Of a DNA stretch of 20,000 nt, positions 1 to 10,584 are shown piece after piece. The position numbers and the translations under genes are program-made. Below the pieces are notes generated by a model that was not told where the DNA came from, did no database searches, and saw nothing but the letters and a program-made list of their open reading frames with translations. How positions within the stretch are numbered: position 1 is the stretch's first letter; each line of letters opens with the position of its first letter. Origin of the DNA: Patellaria atrata CBS 101060 (taxonomy: Eukaryota); the NCBI GenBank assembly GCA_010093705.1, contig MU006108.1:292589-312588 (forward strand), written 5' to 3'.

Positions 1-1927
1 GAGCTGGCTTTACGACGGAAATAGTGGCTTCGACCTCAAGGGTCCCCTTCACATCCCACATCGGAGGGGATTGATGTATATCAATCCCTTCAATGCATGA
101 AAGCGATAAGGCATGTTTGGTTTGTCACTTTGACGACTCATTATTATTTGCTCTCTAACGGAGAAGTCTCCTGTGGGGACATTTATCCCCATCGACCATC
201 ACAGTGCTGTAACTACCTTAAGGAACTTGAACCATTCATCGCTTTCAGGCTCTAAAAGCTAGATAAAAGCCCCTAGCGGCTCGCAGCCTCATTACATTAT
301 CGAAAGAATGTGTGTCGCGGTTATAGTCTCTCATTCGACGGAGATCACCATGTAGATGATGCCGTAAGTGCTTGCATATTGCAAAGTTATTTTTACAAAA
401 AATCTACTCGGCTGTCAGTCACATCCATCTACCCTCGGACCACGGCTAGTCTACGGGATGAATTGAAAGGCGATTTCTTGGAAGCATAGAATTAGACATC
501 CATCCCGATGAGACCTCACATTGTAAGACGGTTACTAACGGCAACTATCAACCTTGTAGTATAGAACACTGTTCGTGTAGGGGAGTTATCCAATTGAGCT
601 AGGAGAGGTATACAGAGGAATCTCGTTAGAAGAAACCTAATGATACAAGCTGGAGTGAGAAGATAGCCCCGCCCGCCAAACGAACTTCCCCCCACCACCT
701 CATTCACTTCAACTGTAAGCCACTCGAAAACTAGCAGTGGCTGCTTACCTGGTCCTTACTCTCTTATGGCCAATATTCAGTTGTGAAAGAGAGAGAAAGA
801 CAACGCAAATTCAAATGATAGGTTAAAAATCCCGCGACACCAGCCACAGGGAACGGCAGAAGATGAGATATTGCTCAGAAACATCTACCATCCTGTAGGA
901 AGTTCCATCAGGACTTCCAAGTATCTGTTTACCTAGGATCCTTTTCAAGATGTTTTATGTCATTTGAGGATGTTGGTATTGCAGTTCTACTGTACGGCGT
1001 ACGACTGCAATCACACCATAGATGGCTTACCGAAGGCGAGAACCAAGGGAACATCTCAACAAACCTCTACAGTTACCATAGCATTGTCCGGAAACGGCCG
1101 CTTGGGAGTGAACTATCCGAATTTGGTAATCGGACTGAAAATGTTAGCATAGAGTAGTAACCGCTGTCAAAATACGGATCCATCGACCCTCTCAACATTA
1201 AATAGACGAACATTTTAGACAGGGAAGCTTACCTTAGGGAATAACTTTAGGTACTAGATAGAGTTTTCGGCCCTTGTGAGCTGCATATAAGTAGCCGAAA
1301 GTCCACTTTTTTTTTCTCCTTCAACCATTGTCAACGCTCATCGCTCTCTTTCAGTACTCACATGAAAGTCACTCGACATCTATCTAGCTACCATAGGTGA
1401 TGTGCAGTACGGGGATTGTCTATTTGTCTAGCAGCTTGATTGAAGCTTTTAGCTACTCCCTTTCCGTACTTCCGTTGCATCTGAAGAGGATCCACTCTTT
1501 GCCACGCGTTTGTATCATCATCGGCATCCTTTTAAATCCATATTCGATGAGCCGTTTCTTTCCTTGACATGCCCAGGTATTCGCTGATACTCAATCCGAC
1601 ATTTCCTTTCATGGCGGTTATGTGCCTGATTACAGCTGAATAACCTCAAAGTAAAAGCTCAGATCCCACTTTTAGTCTCCAATTCAACTTTTCTATATGC
1701 AAAACAGATCCCCTCGATGTCAAGATCGATATGTACCAGCTTGTCTCCATAATTCGTAGTCTTTAGTCTCTTCAAAGGACGCGTATATCACTGATTCCGG
1801 CGCTGCACCCACCTGTCTAAATGGATTTACGTATTCCCCTGTGGGTCATTCTGGCAATGGTGCATCTCAGCCCCGTATTCATCAAACACAACGGGAGTCT
1901 CCCCCCATCCCCTCCAACCTCCCTTTT

Positions 1928-2027
1928 NNNNNNNNNNNNNNNNNNNNNNNNNNNNNNNNNNNNNNNNNNNNNNNNNNNNNNNNNNNNNNNNNNNNNNNNN
2001 NNNNNNNNNNNNNNNNNNNNNNNNNNN
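1928..2027. other. Assembly gap (100 N, probably a placeholder of unknown size)
   Basis: Run of exactly 100 N flanked by T-runs. Confidence 0.98.
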
Positions 2028-3081
2028 TTTTTTTTAAATACATTGACACCTCCTTCCTTACTAAGTATACCTGATTTTAGCCGTCATAAAGTTGAGGTTT
2101 CGGCGCTATGAGATATCAAGTAGCTTTGCACTCCCTTCACAACCAAAAAGTTCAATTGCCTCTCTAGGCCCGTCTCCTTCCCCTTTTTCACGGGGGTGTT
2201 AATAGAGTAAAGGAATAGAAGGGGTGTTCGAAATAATAGTCCCCTTCAAATAACAGCTCCCGAAGAAAAAACAAAAACAAAAAAAATTAAAAAAAATTTA
2301 AAATAATTCCCACCCCGCTCCGTAGAGACGACGTGGTATATCTGCTCGAAGGCATTTTCTTCCCCCCTTTGAGATTCAACTCCTGGACAGGTTTACCGGA
2401 TTGGGCCTGATTCGGTGTGGTAGGGGTTCTCCCACCACTAGGTAGACTACAGGTCCTAGGCTAGGTATAGAAAGAAGTCACAGTTGGTTTGTTGATAAGG
2501 TGGGAGTGGAAGGGACGTGTTTAGGGGGAGTAGAATAATAGCTCCCTTTTAATGGGCTGCTTCTTGGTTCTTAGTTTATCTGATACGGCTCAGGTTTCTA
2601 CAATCACTGTTAGAGTCAAATATAGCCTTGCCATCAATCTTGAGCTGTCTGTCCCGTGATAAGGGAAAAAATATATTCCTATATTGAAAAAAAGCTTCAA
2701 AATTGTTCCTAGACCCCCACATGCGAAATATCGAATCTACTAAGTTTGGGGGAGGCAGGATGGGGGTATTGAACCGGAGGGTGAATGGGGGAAAGGGTAA
2801 GAGAGGATAGGTAGAGGCTAAGTATCCAGGAATCAACAGCGAGGAGGACATTATATCTCCCCACATAGAAGGTCCAGTCAGCTCCATCACCTCCACACAA
2901 ATTTCGACGAACAGTTCGAGTCAAAACAGTGGTCGGTGGAAAGGGGGGTAAGTAGTGCTGGAATCACACCGCAGCAACGTAACTCAAGACAAACATCCTC
3001 ACTATATCACTTACATATCCAGCCATAGACACCAGTTTCAATTCCGATTCCAATTCTGACAACAGGGGTATCGATTCTCTC

Positions 3082-3399
3082 CTATCTCTCCCGTTCCCTC
3101 AAATCCCTCCATCCCTCACTCCACCCCCAATTCCAATCCGCCTCCCCTTTCCTCGCCTCCGCCAACCCCTCCAAATACTTCCAATGTGCCACCCTCCTAC
3201 AGCGATCGCACACCTCGCTCCTATCATGATGATCCACGTACCTGTCGTCTTTGAGCAGGCAGGTGCGCGCGAGACGCAGCTTCTTGGTGTTGTCGTCGGC
3301 GATGGAGCGGTGTTTACGGATCAGCGGGTTCCAGCAGTTGGAGGCGGTTGTGAAGGTGTGGGCGCAGGCGGGGTGGGTGTAGTGGGTTATTTTGCACAT
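3082..3399 (-). CDS. Small (105 aa) Cys/His-rich protein of unknown function, possibly zinc-binding
   Basis: Uninterrupted ATG..TAG ORF in a good start context (AGAAC-ATG), GC-rich against its flanks. Pattern MC-x9-CxH-x7-C...C...CxxC resembles small non-secreted 'MC...CxH...CxxC' proteins common in filamentous ascomycetes. TATATATA lies about 190 nt upstream. No signal peptide. Confidence 0.65.
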   Translation of the reverse strand: MCKITHYTHPACAHTFTTASNCWNPLIRKHRSIADDNTKKLRLARTCLLKDDRYVDHHDRSEVCDRCRRVAHWKYLEGLAEARKGEADWNWGWSEGWRDLRERER

Positions 3400-3586
3400 G
3401 TTCTGCGCCTTTTTTTGTAGTTTACGGGGGGAGGAGCCAGATGTTGGGTAGAGTCTAGGGGAGTTTATGGTAGTGTATGAGTTATGGATTTCGGACTGTC
3501 TAAGTACGGTTGTGGTGGTGTTTGTTGTGATATGGATATGCGTTGGTTGGTTGGTCGATGACTACCATGCTGGCGACGTTGAACGG

Positions 3587-3594
3587 TATATATA
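3587..3594 (-). promoter_or_regulatory. Candidate TATA box for the 3082-3399 gene
   Basis: TATATATA about 190 nt upstream of the ATG. Support is motif and position only. Confidence 0.35.
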
Positions 3595-5114
3595 CGCGTG
3601 TAGATGGTCTTCACAATGTAGTGATCCTTTTGTTGTGGTGAATAAAGGGCTCGTGATCGGGCTCTTTCATGATGTTTGAAAACTGTGAATGGGGACAACA
3701 CATTATATTTTTGGAACAAAGGGAGAAGCGTAGCCTTTAGTTGACAATTGTAAGAGGCGTAGGAACGACGTGGTGAATCTGATTGTTCTAACAATGAGTT
3801 AGTGGATAAGTCTTTCTGATTCGGATTACTGGAGGAAACCCTTTTTCTTCTTGTATTGTTTGAAATAATTGGGTACTTTTTTGTACTTTACGCTTGATGT
3901 ATGCGTTTTAATAGTGTTAGTAGAACCTTTGGCTTGGTGATCTGAAAGTGAAGGGAAGGTTTTTGCTCTGTACTGAGTACTTACAACATGTTTTCATTGC
4001 TGTCACAGCTCCATTGCAGCTGCCAAAAAGAGAGCATAAGATAGTGATTCCCAGTAACCTAAAAATGAGGAGCTTCGAAACTATTAGGAAGTAGATTAGA
4101 CCTTCGATAGGGTCAATATCTATACCTAGGAGTCTATTTGGAGGAGTTGAAGGAAATCTAGCTGAGCATTGGCACTAAGGTTAGAGGAAAGGGGGGGGTT
4201 GTTCAAAATAACAGCTCCAAATAAGAACTATACCCTTCCAGCAGGATACTGACTGATATACACTGCACGAGTGTGATCCTCTTACTCTAGAACCTAAATG
4301 AGGGTTGGTTGGTCCTAGTTCTACACGATCGCATCGCGTCGTCCATAATATGGAAGTCTCCCGTCTTGTACAGTACAGTAGTTCCATGACTCTTCCCAGG
4401 TAAAGGGAACATATAAAACTGGTTCTGGAATCTACCTCTAGAACCACAAGGTAGAAGGGTTGCAGCCTCACGAAACGGTAAGCGATGACTACAGAGTCGA
4501 TACACATTTGCCTCGATTTTTGGGCATGGGAACGGTTGTTGAGATTGGGGGACGATGGAATGGGATAGGGGTCAAGCAATCAACTGCATCTGCCTATACT
4601 GTAGTTCTACAGTACAGAAAACAACAAATAAGACACGCATGCAATGGTTCAAACCCCAATGGAGACGAAGAAGAGACCCAATTCACAGACAAAGAAAAAG
4701 TCAAGCACCATACAGACGAACCTACAATATAAAACTAGTCTCCTAATCAAGGAAATGTTACCTGATACCACCTATGACGAAAACCCTTCAAATCCGCAAT
4801 GGTCACAAGGGTGTCGTAAGTGTACATCACATCACGATACCTACCTCCCATGTAAAATGTTCGTCCAAGCCGCCAAGGCTCATAATAACGAGCGGGACGA
4901 TCTACCTTACGAAATGCACAGTACTAATCTTAGATCTTCCCGCCGACAGATCCGTTCCACAACATCAGCCCTGTTTCCCTGGACTGGGTTATAGTCGGTC
5001 TAGAAGGCGGGAATGGGGTTCAAATACGAGGGTTGTGGAAGGGAAATTAGGTAACGACGTTGCACGACATGTCGGATTCGTTCGTGATGCATCGTGGAGA
5101 GTAGAATACAAGAG

Positions 5115-5122
5115 TATATAAA
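5115..5122 (+). promoter_or_regulatory. Candidate TATA box for the secreted-protein gene
   Basis: TATATAAA 160 nt upstream of the ATG at 5275, followed by a pyrimidine-rich leader and the start context CAAAATGG. Confidence 0.45.
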
Positions 5123-5274
5123 GAGAGTCTCGATGGATGACTTGTAGCTTATTGATCCCGCACTCTTTCTCAGATACAGTAAGATCATAAAAACGAGCAA
5201 TCCATCTCATTTACCGTATCATCCCGTCTCCTATTATACCGCCCATCCAACCAACTTCCCCAAAACTTTTCAAA

Positions 5275-5982
5275 ATGGTCCACATCCCCTCCCTCCTCTC
5301 ACTTCTCCTCACTCTCTCCGCCTCCGCCTCCGCCTCCGCCTCAATCTCCACCCCAAAGCCCTGCCGTCCCGTCGGCAAGGCGACGCTCCACCAAGCGACC
5401 TACGACGACCTCATCTTCACCGAGCCCGACACAACACCAATCGGGACCTACAAAGGCCTAATCTACTCCAACTTCTACGGTGAGCCCCATCCCTCCCATA
5501 CCCCCATTTTACCCTCCCCTTACCCCCCTACCCCCCTCCCCCAATCTCCCCTAACACCCCCAGTCGACCAAGACGACGGCTTCATCCGCCCCACCTCCGG
5601 CCTGAACGTCGCACACTCCTACTCCTCCGCCTCCCCCCGTCTCATCACCGCATCTCCCAACTCCAGCTTCAACCTCCGATCCCTGAGTCTAGCCTGCGTG
5701 CAAGGCTACCCACAACCCGACTGCACCGTCGTATTCCGGGGTCTGCGCGTCGACGGCGCGACCTGGATGCAACTCACCGTCACTTTTCCAGCGCTCGACA
5801 ACACGCAGCCGCGCTTCGAGATGCTAGGCGTCAGTTTCCCTCCGCAGTGGACGGATCTGCGGAGCTTGGAGGTCGTGAGCGCGACGATTGAGGGCACGGG
5901 GGATTATACTGGTGTTGAGATTGATGATTTGGTTTATGAGACTAGGAGGTGTAGGCAGATGGTGGCGATTCGTGCCTTTTGA
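5275..5982 (+). CDS. Secreted protein of unknown function, 207 aa spliced; exons 5275-5479 and 5564-5982
   Basis: N-terminal signal peptide MVHIPSLLSLLLTLSASASASA. The 84-nt intron 5480-5563 has a GTGAGC donor, a CTAAC branch at 5551 and a CAG acceptor. The spliced junction reads YSNFY-VDQDDGFIRPTSG. Mature region has 4 Cys and looks beta-rich ('TYDDL', 'FNLRSLSLAC', 'IDDLVY'). From memory it resembles fungal DUF7371-type domains; this is not verified. Confidence 0.85.
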   Translation: MVHIPSLLSLLLTLSASASASASISTPKPCRPVGKATLHQATYDDLIFTEPDTTPIGTYKGLIYSNFYGEPHPSHTPILPSPYPPTPLPQSPLTPPVDQDDGFIRPTSGLNVAHSYSSASPRLITASPNSSFNLRSLSLACVQGYPQPDCTVVFRGLRVDGATWMQLTVTFPALDNTQPRFEMLGVSFPPQWTDLRSLEVVSATIEGTGDYTGVEIDDLVYETRRCRQMVAIRAF

Positions 5983-6597
5983 GTAAAGTGAATTTTTTTC
6001 GGGGATGGTAGTTAAAGGGGTAAATTGTAAGCTAGACGTAAGGAGAGAAAGAATATCTGTACCGCAGTGGCGGCCGTCTGAAGTTGAGATCTGCTACCTG
6101 CCGCTCATAGTCAACCTTTAAGGAGATGCATACTGGTACTGGATGATGTGTTTTTGAGTAGTGTAGTAGATGACTTACATAATAGGTGGCAGTCTGACAG
6201 ATATCGATATCATGAACAGCAACGTGTCAATAATCGAGTAAACTGGAAATCACTGTAGGAGATAGGGCTACAAAATCAGAGTGGTCACAGTTGCACAGTT
6301 CATGAAGGATAAAGGTGAAATTGCAGCTACATACAAAAGAGTTTCTCTTCGACTCTATTCCATCTTTTGTAGCCGTAAAAATAGGAGAGCGAGATTTATG
6401 GACAGAGATGCCTAAAGGAAATGAAAAGGGACGCAGAGGGAGGTCTTTTGAGGTGTACACTGTAACCGAGGATCAAGACTGAACAAGATACGCGGTCGGT
6501 TTGAGAGACGCAGAGCTTTATTATACATCTAGCACGAACTATCAGTACATCTTCGGATTATCTAGAAATCGAGGAGACGCACTCCACTTCACGCTGT

Positions 6598-8691
6598 CTA
6601 TGAGAAGCTCTTGGTGAAACTTTGTACTACATCTTTCAACTTGGCATCTAAATCTTTGCTAAGCGCACCTTCACGCTCAATCTGCTCAAGGAGCCCGCTC
6701 TCGTTATTTCTAAGGTGAGCGATGAAGTCTGACTCCCACTGGAGGATCTTGTTCACAGGGACGTTGTCAAGATGACCGTTGACACCGGCGTAGATAAGGG
6801 GTACCATCTCGTTGACAGCCATAGGAGAGTACTGCTTCTGCTTGAGAAGTTCGGTCAAACGTTCACCACGGTTCAATGTTTGCTTGGTAGCAGCATCCAA
6901 ATCGGAACCGAATTGAGCAAAAGCGGCGACCTCACGGTATTGAGCCAAGAAGAGTTTCAAACTGCCAGCAACCTGCTTCATGGCCTTGACCTGGGCAGCA
7001 GAACCGACACGAGACACGGAGAGACCGACGTTGATGGCTGGACGTACACCCTTGTAGAACAATTCAGCTTCCAAGAAGATTTGACCATCAGTAATGGAAA
7101 TGACGTTAGTGGGAATGTAGGCAGACACGTCACCACCCTGGGTCTCGATAATAGGCAAAGCGGTAAGGGAACCACCACCGTGCTTGTCGTTCATCTTAGC
7201 GGCACGTTCGAGAAGACGGGAATGGAGGTAGAAGACACTAGATGTAGATTAGTATGCGAAAAACAGGAATTGGTTCTATCTATGGAAGGTTCAAGACATA
7301 CTCGCCGGGGTAAGCCTCACGCCCTGGTGGACGACGGAGCAACAGAGACATTTGACGGTAAGCAACGGCTTGCTTGGACAGATCATCATAGATGATCACT
7401 GCGTGCTTGCCATTGTCACGGAACCATTCGCCCATGGAGCAACCAGTGAAAGGAGCAATGTACTGTAGAGGAGCAGCCTCAGAAGCTGTAGCGGCGACAA
7501 TGACGGTATACTTCATAGCATCGTTCTCCTCAAGAGTCTTGACGAGCTGAGCAACGGTAGAACGCTTTTGACCAACGGCAACGTAGATGCAGTAAAGCTT
7601 CTTGGTCTCATCGTTGCCGGAGTTCCATCGCTTCTGGTTAAGCATGGCATCGAGGGCGACGGCAGTCTTTCCGGTTTGACGATCACCAATGATCAACTCA
7701 CGTTGACCACGACCGATGGGAACCATAGCATCGACAGACTTCAAGCCAGTCTGCACGGGCTGATTGACGGAACGACGGGGTAAAATACCAGGGGCCTTGA
7801 GTTGAGCACGGCGCTTTTCGGTGGTCTTGACGGGACCCTTTCCATCGATTGGGTTTCCGAGAGCATCTACGACACGACCAAGCAGAGCCTCACCGACTGG
7901 AACGTCAACCTAATTTGCCGTGTTAGTACTTAGGGCTTTTAGCACCGAAACCACATCTTGAGCCTTACGATTTCTCCAGTTCGCTTGACAGTCTCGCCCT
8001 CCTTGACCAATCGATCGGAACCGAAAAGCACAACACCGACTTGACCTGCTTCCAAGTTCATGCACATGCCCTTGACGCCGGAGGAAAACCTAAGAAAGAG
8101 TCAATTCCCGTTTAATCAAACAAAAGTTATGCTGTGTGACATACTCGACTAGTTCCTCGGCTTGGACATTGGCCATACCATGTACACGAGCAATACCGTC
8201 ACTAACAATCGCATATCAGTTTATGTTAAAGGTAACCACAGTTCATCATATATCGAGCTGAAGCATACCCGACGGAAAGGACACGACCGGTCTCGGCCAA
8301 GCTGGCCTCCTCTTGCACACCACGAATTCTCTGTTCTAGAATAGATGAGACTTCGGTGGGAGCGGCCTTAGTATCGGAGGCATAGCTTCGAACTTGCTTT
8401 GATGATGCGTTATAGATGACGGGAGTGGCTCGGCTCTGTTGAGGGAGAAAAATCCGTCAGCGCTCGGTTGTAGAAGAGCTCCCGTAACAATTGCGATGGC
8501 CAACAACAGCTCCAAAACAGCAAGCAGTATGTGTATAACCATATTAAGCTTGGAATTGATGCTTGAGAGAAGTCCGGAAATCACAATGGAAGCTTTCGGA
8601 GGAGCATTGATGAACTTACCGATGCAACTCTGCTGGTAGCAGAGACTGCCCCGACGATGCGGGTAGACTGACGAACGGCGTTCCTGATCAT
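6598..8691 (-). CDS. ATP1: Mitochondrial F1F0 ATP synthase subunit alpha precursor (554 aa); exons 8691-8620, 8435-8269, 8201-8145, 8089-7969, 7909-7302, 7237-6598
   Basis: The six exons join in frame (1665 nt) across five GT..AG introns. Arg/Ser-rich presequence [24 protein letters not shown], then [25 protein letters not shown], Walker [50 protein letters not shown] and [14 protein letters not shown]. Confidence 0.99.
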
Positions 8692-8856
8692 TGTGAGTCT
8701 GCTCAGGATGCAAGATTAGATAGCTCTGCTACCAATTGCAATTGAAGCAGAACGAAAAGAGCGGAGATTGAGGGTTGGATGGATGGAATGAAGCTCGAGG
8801 TAATGAGAGGGCCGTGGATGTTGCTCTCCTCTCGAGCGAAAGCCGCCCAGACTTTG

Positions 8857-8877
8857 CACGTGCTTTTAGATCACGTG
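8857..8877. promoter_or_regulatory. Two CACGTG E-boxes in the ATP1 upstream region
   Basis: CACGTG at 8857-8862 and (T)CACGTG at 8872-8877, about 170-185 nt upstream of the ATG. Function as bHLH sites is inferred. Confidence 0.4.
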
Positions 8878-9245
8878 TTCCGGCAAGCCATCTTGAAATT
8901 CATCATTATTGTATATGATTACAATACTCAACTACTCGAACTTTTGTTCCTTAAAAATTTACCAGTTTGAAGAGTTTACTCGCAAGAAGAAGTCCACCCA
9001 AGGAGGCAATAGAATAATAACAGTCCCAACAAGCTGATCTTTTAATTCCTACAAACATCGACTTTCCAAGGGGTGTTCTAAGCCTCGTATCTCTCCGTAT
9101 ACGTAAACAAACTCTAGCTCTGAATCTCCAGTTCTTTCAAGGAGTTGCTATCCATCAATTATTCATTGAGTCGCGGATAAAAACGAGCGATATACGCTAA
9201 AATAAAAACTTGATACCGATTCAAGAATGATCTAGAAATGGTTCT

Positions 9246-10011
9246 CTAAGAGGTCTTCTTGTTCCCATCTGCAATCCCATTAGTTTGAGAAGCTTGTTTT
9301 TTGGAGTCCTTCAATTTCTTCAACTCCTGCTCCACTGCGTTGTCCAGTCTGGCTTTGAGCTCGGGACGGTATCCTAAGGCAAACAGGAGTTCAAACCAAA
9401 CGAAGAATGGAGCCAAGAAGAGTGCTTGAACAAGATTATCCAAAAGAGCTGGTGCCATCCCCTCGTACTTTCCATGCCCAATGAACTGTGCTATCCAGCT
9501 GGCGATATTAATGCCTGCCGCCCAGTAATTCGCCGTTACTCCGTAAGTCATTCTTAGATAATTCGCGTATGCTGTCCCTCCTATGATCAGCGGAGCGAGC
9601 ATTGCTCCTGCAACAGGTTCCATAAGAATGTAGAGGATAGCGTAATGTGCTGCTACGATGGTCCCTATATTCGGTGGGAGGTTTGGTATAGTAAGAGCGG
9701 AGGGAAAAGGTATCTCCGGTAGATTAGAACCCTATTGGTCGACTTAGCATTTATAGGGCACTAAATTCTTAAGCATAGATCGTACGAGAAGGATACCAGT
9801 CATCAATATCATAGGCACGAATAACATATGAATACCAACGTTGACCTAAGTCGCAAGGGAGTGTGAGTTTGTTGGACGATGAGCGAAGGTTAGCTATACG
9901 AACAGGATTATGGTGATACGATCCATACTATTAGTGTTAGTATCACATGTCCGGCGTGAGTTGTATGTATAGACTTACAAAAACTAATTGTTTCTCTAAG
10001 TTGAGGGCCAT
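9246..10011 (-). CDS. MPO1: DUF962/Mpo1-family membrane protein (yeast YGL010W-like 2-hydroxy fatty acid dioxygenase), 200 aa; exons 10011-9979, 9927-9904, 9845-9786, 9731-9246
   Basis: Four exons join in frame (603 nt) over three phase-0 GT..AG introns of 51, 58 and 54 nt. The protein reads MALNLEKQLVF-YGSYHHNP-VNVGIHMLFVP...SWIAQFIGHGKYEGMAPALLDNLVQALFLAPFFVWFELLF, containing the family's His motifs and hydrophobic helices. Confidence 0.92.
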
Positions 10012-10214
10012 GGTTGTCAATTAAATTGAGCGACGTAGCTGCTCTGGATGGATTACGCTTTATATTAGCTGACGGAAGGACACTTTATCATGCTTGATGG
10101 CCTTTCATGAGATAGAAAGAAATTATGCGGGGAATCCGTAGAGAATATAAGTGTCAAGTTGGTCTTAACAATTATAAGATATCCATATTGGTAAGAGTAC
10201 AACATTAGCACGTG

Positions 10215-10504
10215 ATTATAACGATTATATAGATATAGGAATATAGGTAAAACTATAATATTAATTATTATATTAATAATTATATAAATCTAATTTTTAT
10301 TAAAAATATAAAGAGAAAAATAAATAAAATAAATAATAAAATATATATTTTAATTTTATTTATTTTAATAAATATAAATTTTTTTTATAATAAATTTATT
10401 AATTATAAATTTTTTATATTAATTATTAATAATATAATTTATAAATAAATAATATATTTTTTTATATATTATAATTTTTTTTATAATAATATATTTTTTT
10501 AATA
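10215..10504. repeat. Extremely AT-rich relic, probably a RIP-degraded repeat of unidentifiable family
   Basis: Almost no C or G over about 250 nt and TpA-rich. The pogo element's TA target site sits at its right end. Confidence 0.6.
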
Positions 10505-10546
10505 ACGTAAAGCATCATCGAGTGTCGCACACCATCGAGTGTCGCA
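10505..10546 (+). repeat. Left terminal repeat of the pogo element, with two 14-bp direct repeats CATCGAGTGTCGCA (10516-10529, 10533-10546)
   Basis: The direct repeats are read from the sequence. An ACGT start after TA plus paired internal repeats is typical of Fot1/Pot-type TIRs. The partner TIR is not visible. Confidence 0.75.
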
Positions 10547-10584
10547 GAATTTCTTGGCAGCTATTACCTCTACTACAACACGAA

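Noticed and set aside
2576..2924. Two overlapping minus-strand ORFs joined by a C-rich intron-like stretch, a possible pseudogene
   Set aside because: Non-ATG starts, no intact GT donor or clear branch site, and no recognisable domain. tBLASTn would be needed to revive it.
4181..5210. Cluster of 63-132 aa ORFs between the divergent genes
   Set aside because: Mutually overlapping on both strands, with no coding-like composition or motifs. Most likely promoter or intergenic DNA.
6772..7783. Plus-strand ORFs of 207 and 71 aa and an alternative-frame minus ORF over ATP1
   Set aside because: Shadow ORFs of a codon-biased gene, with no recognisable protein features.
6598..8691. Bacterial or organellar atpA, or a split gene as the ORF track suggests
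   Set aside because: Five spliceosomal introns and a mitochondrial presequence join the fragments into one 554-aa nuclear gene.
8162..8970. ORFs 8162-8344, 8336-8713, 8439-8639 and 8779-8970
   Set aside because: They overlap ATP1 exons, introns or promoter in the wrong frame or strand. The hydrophobic stretch in 8336-8713 comes from intron 1.
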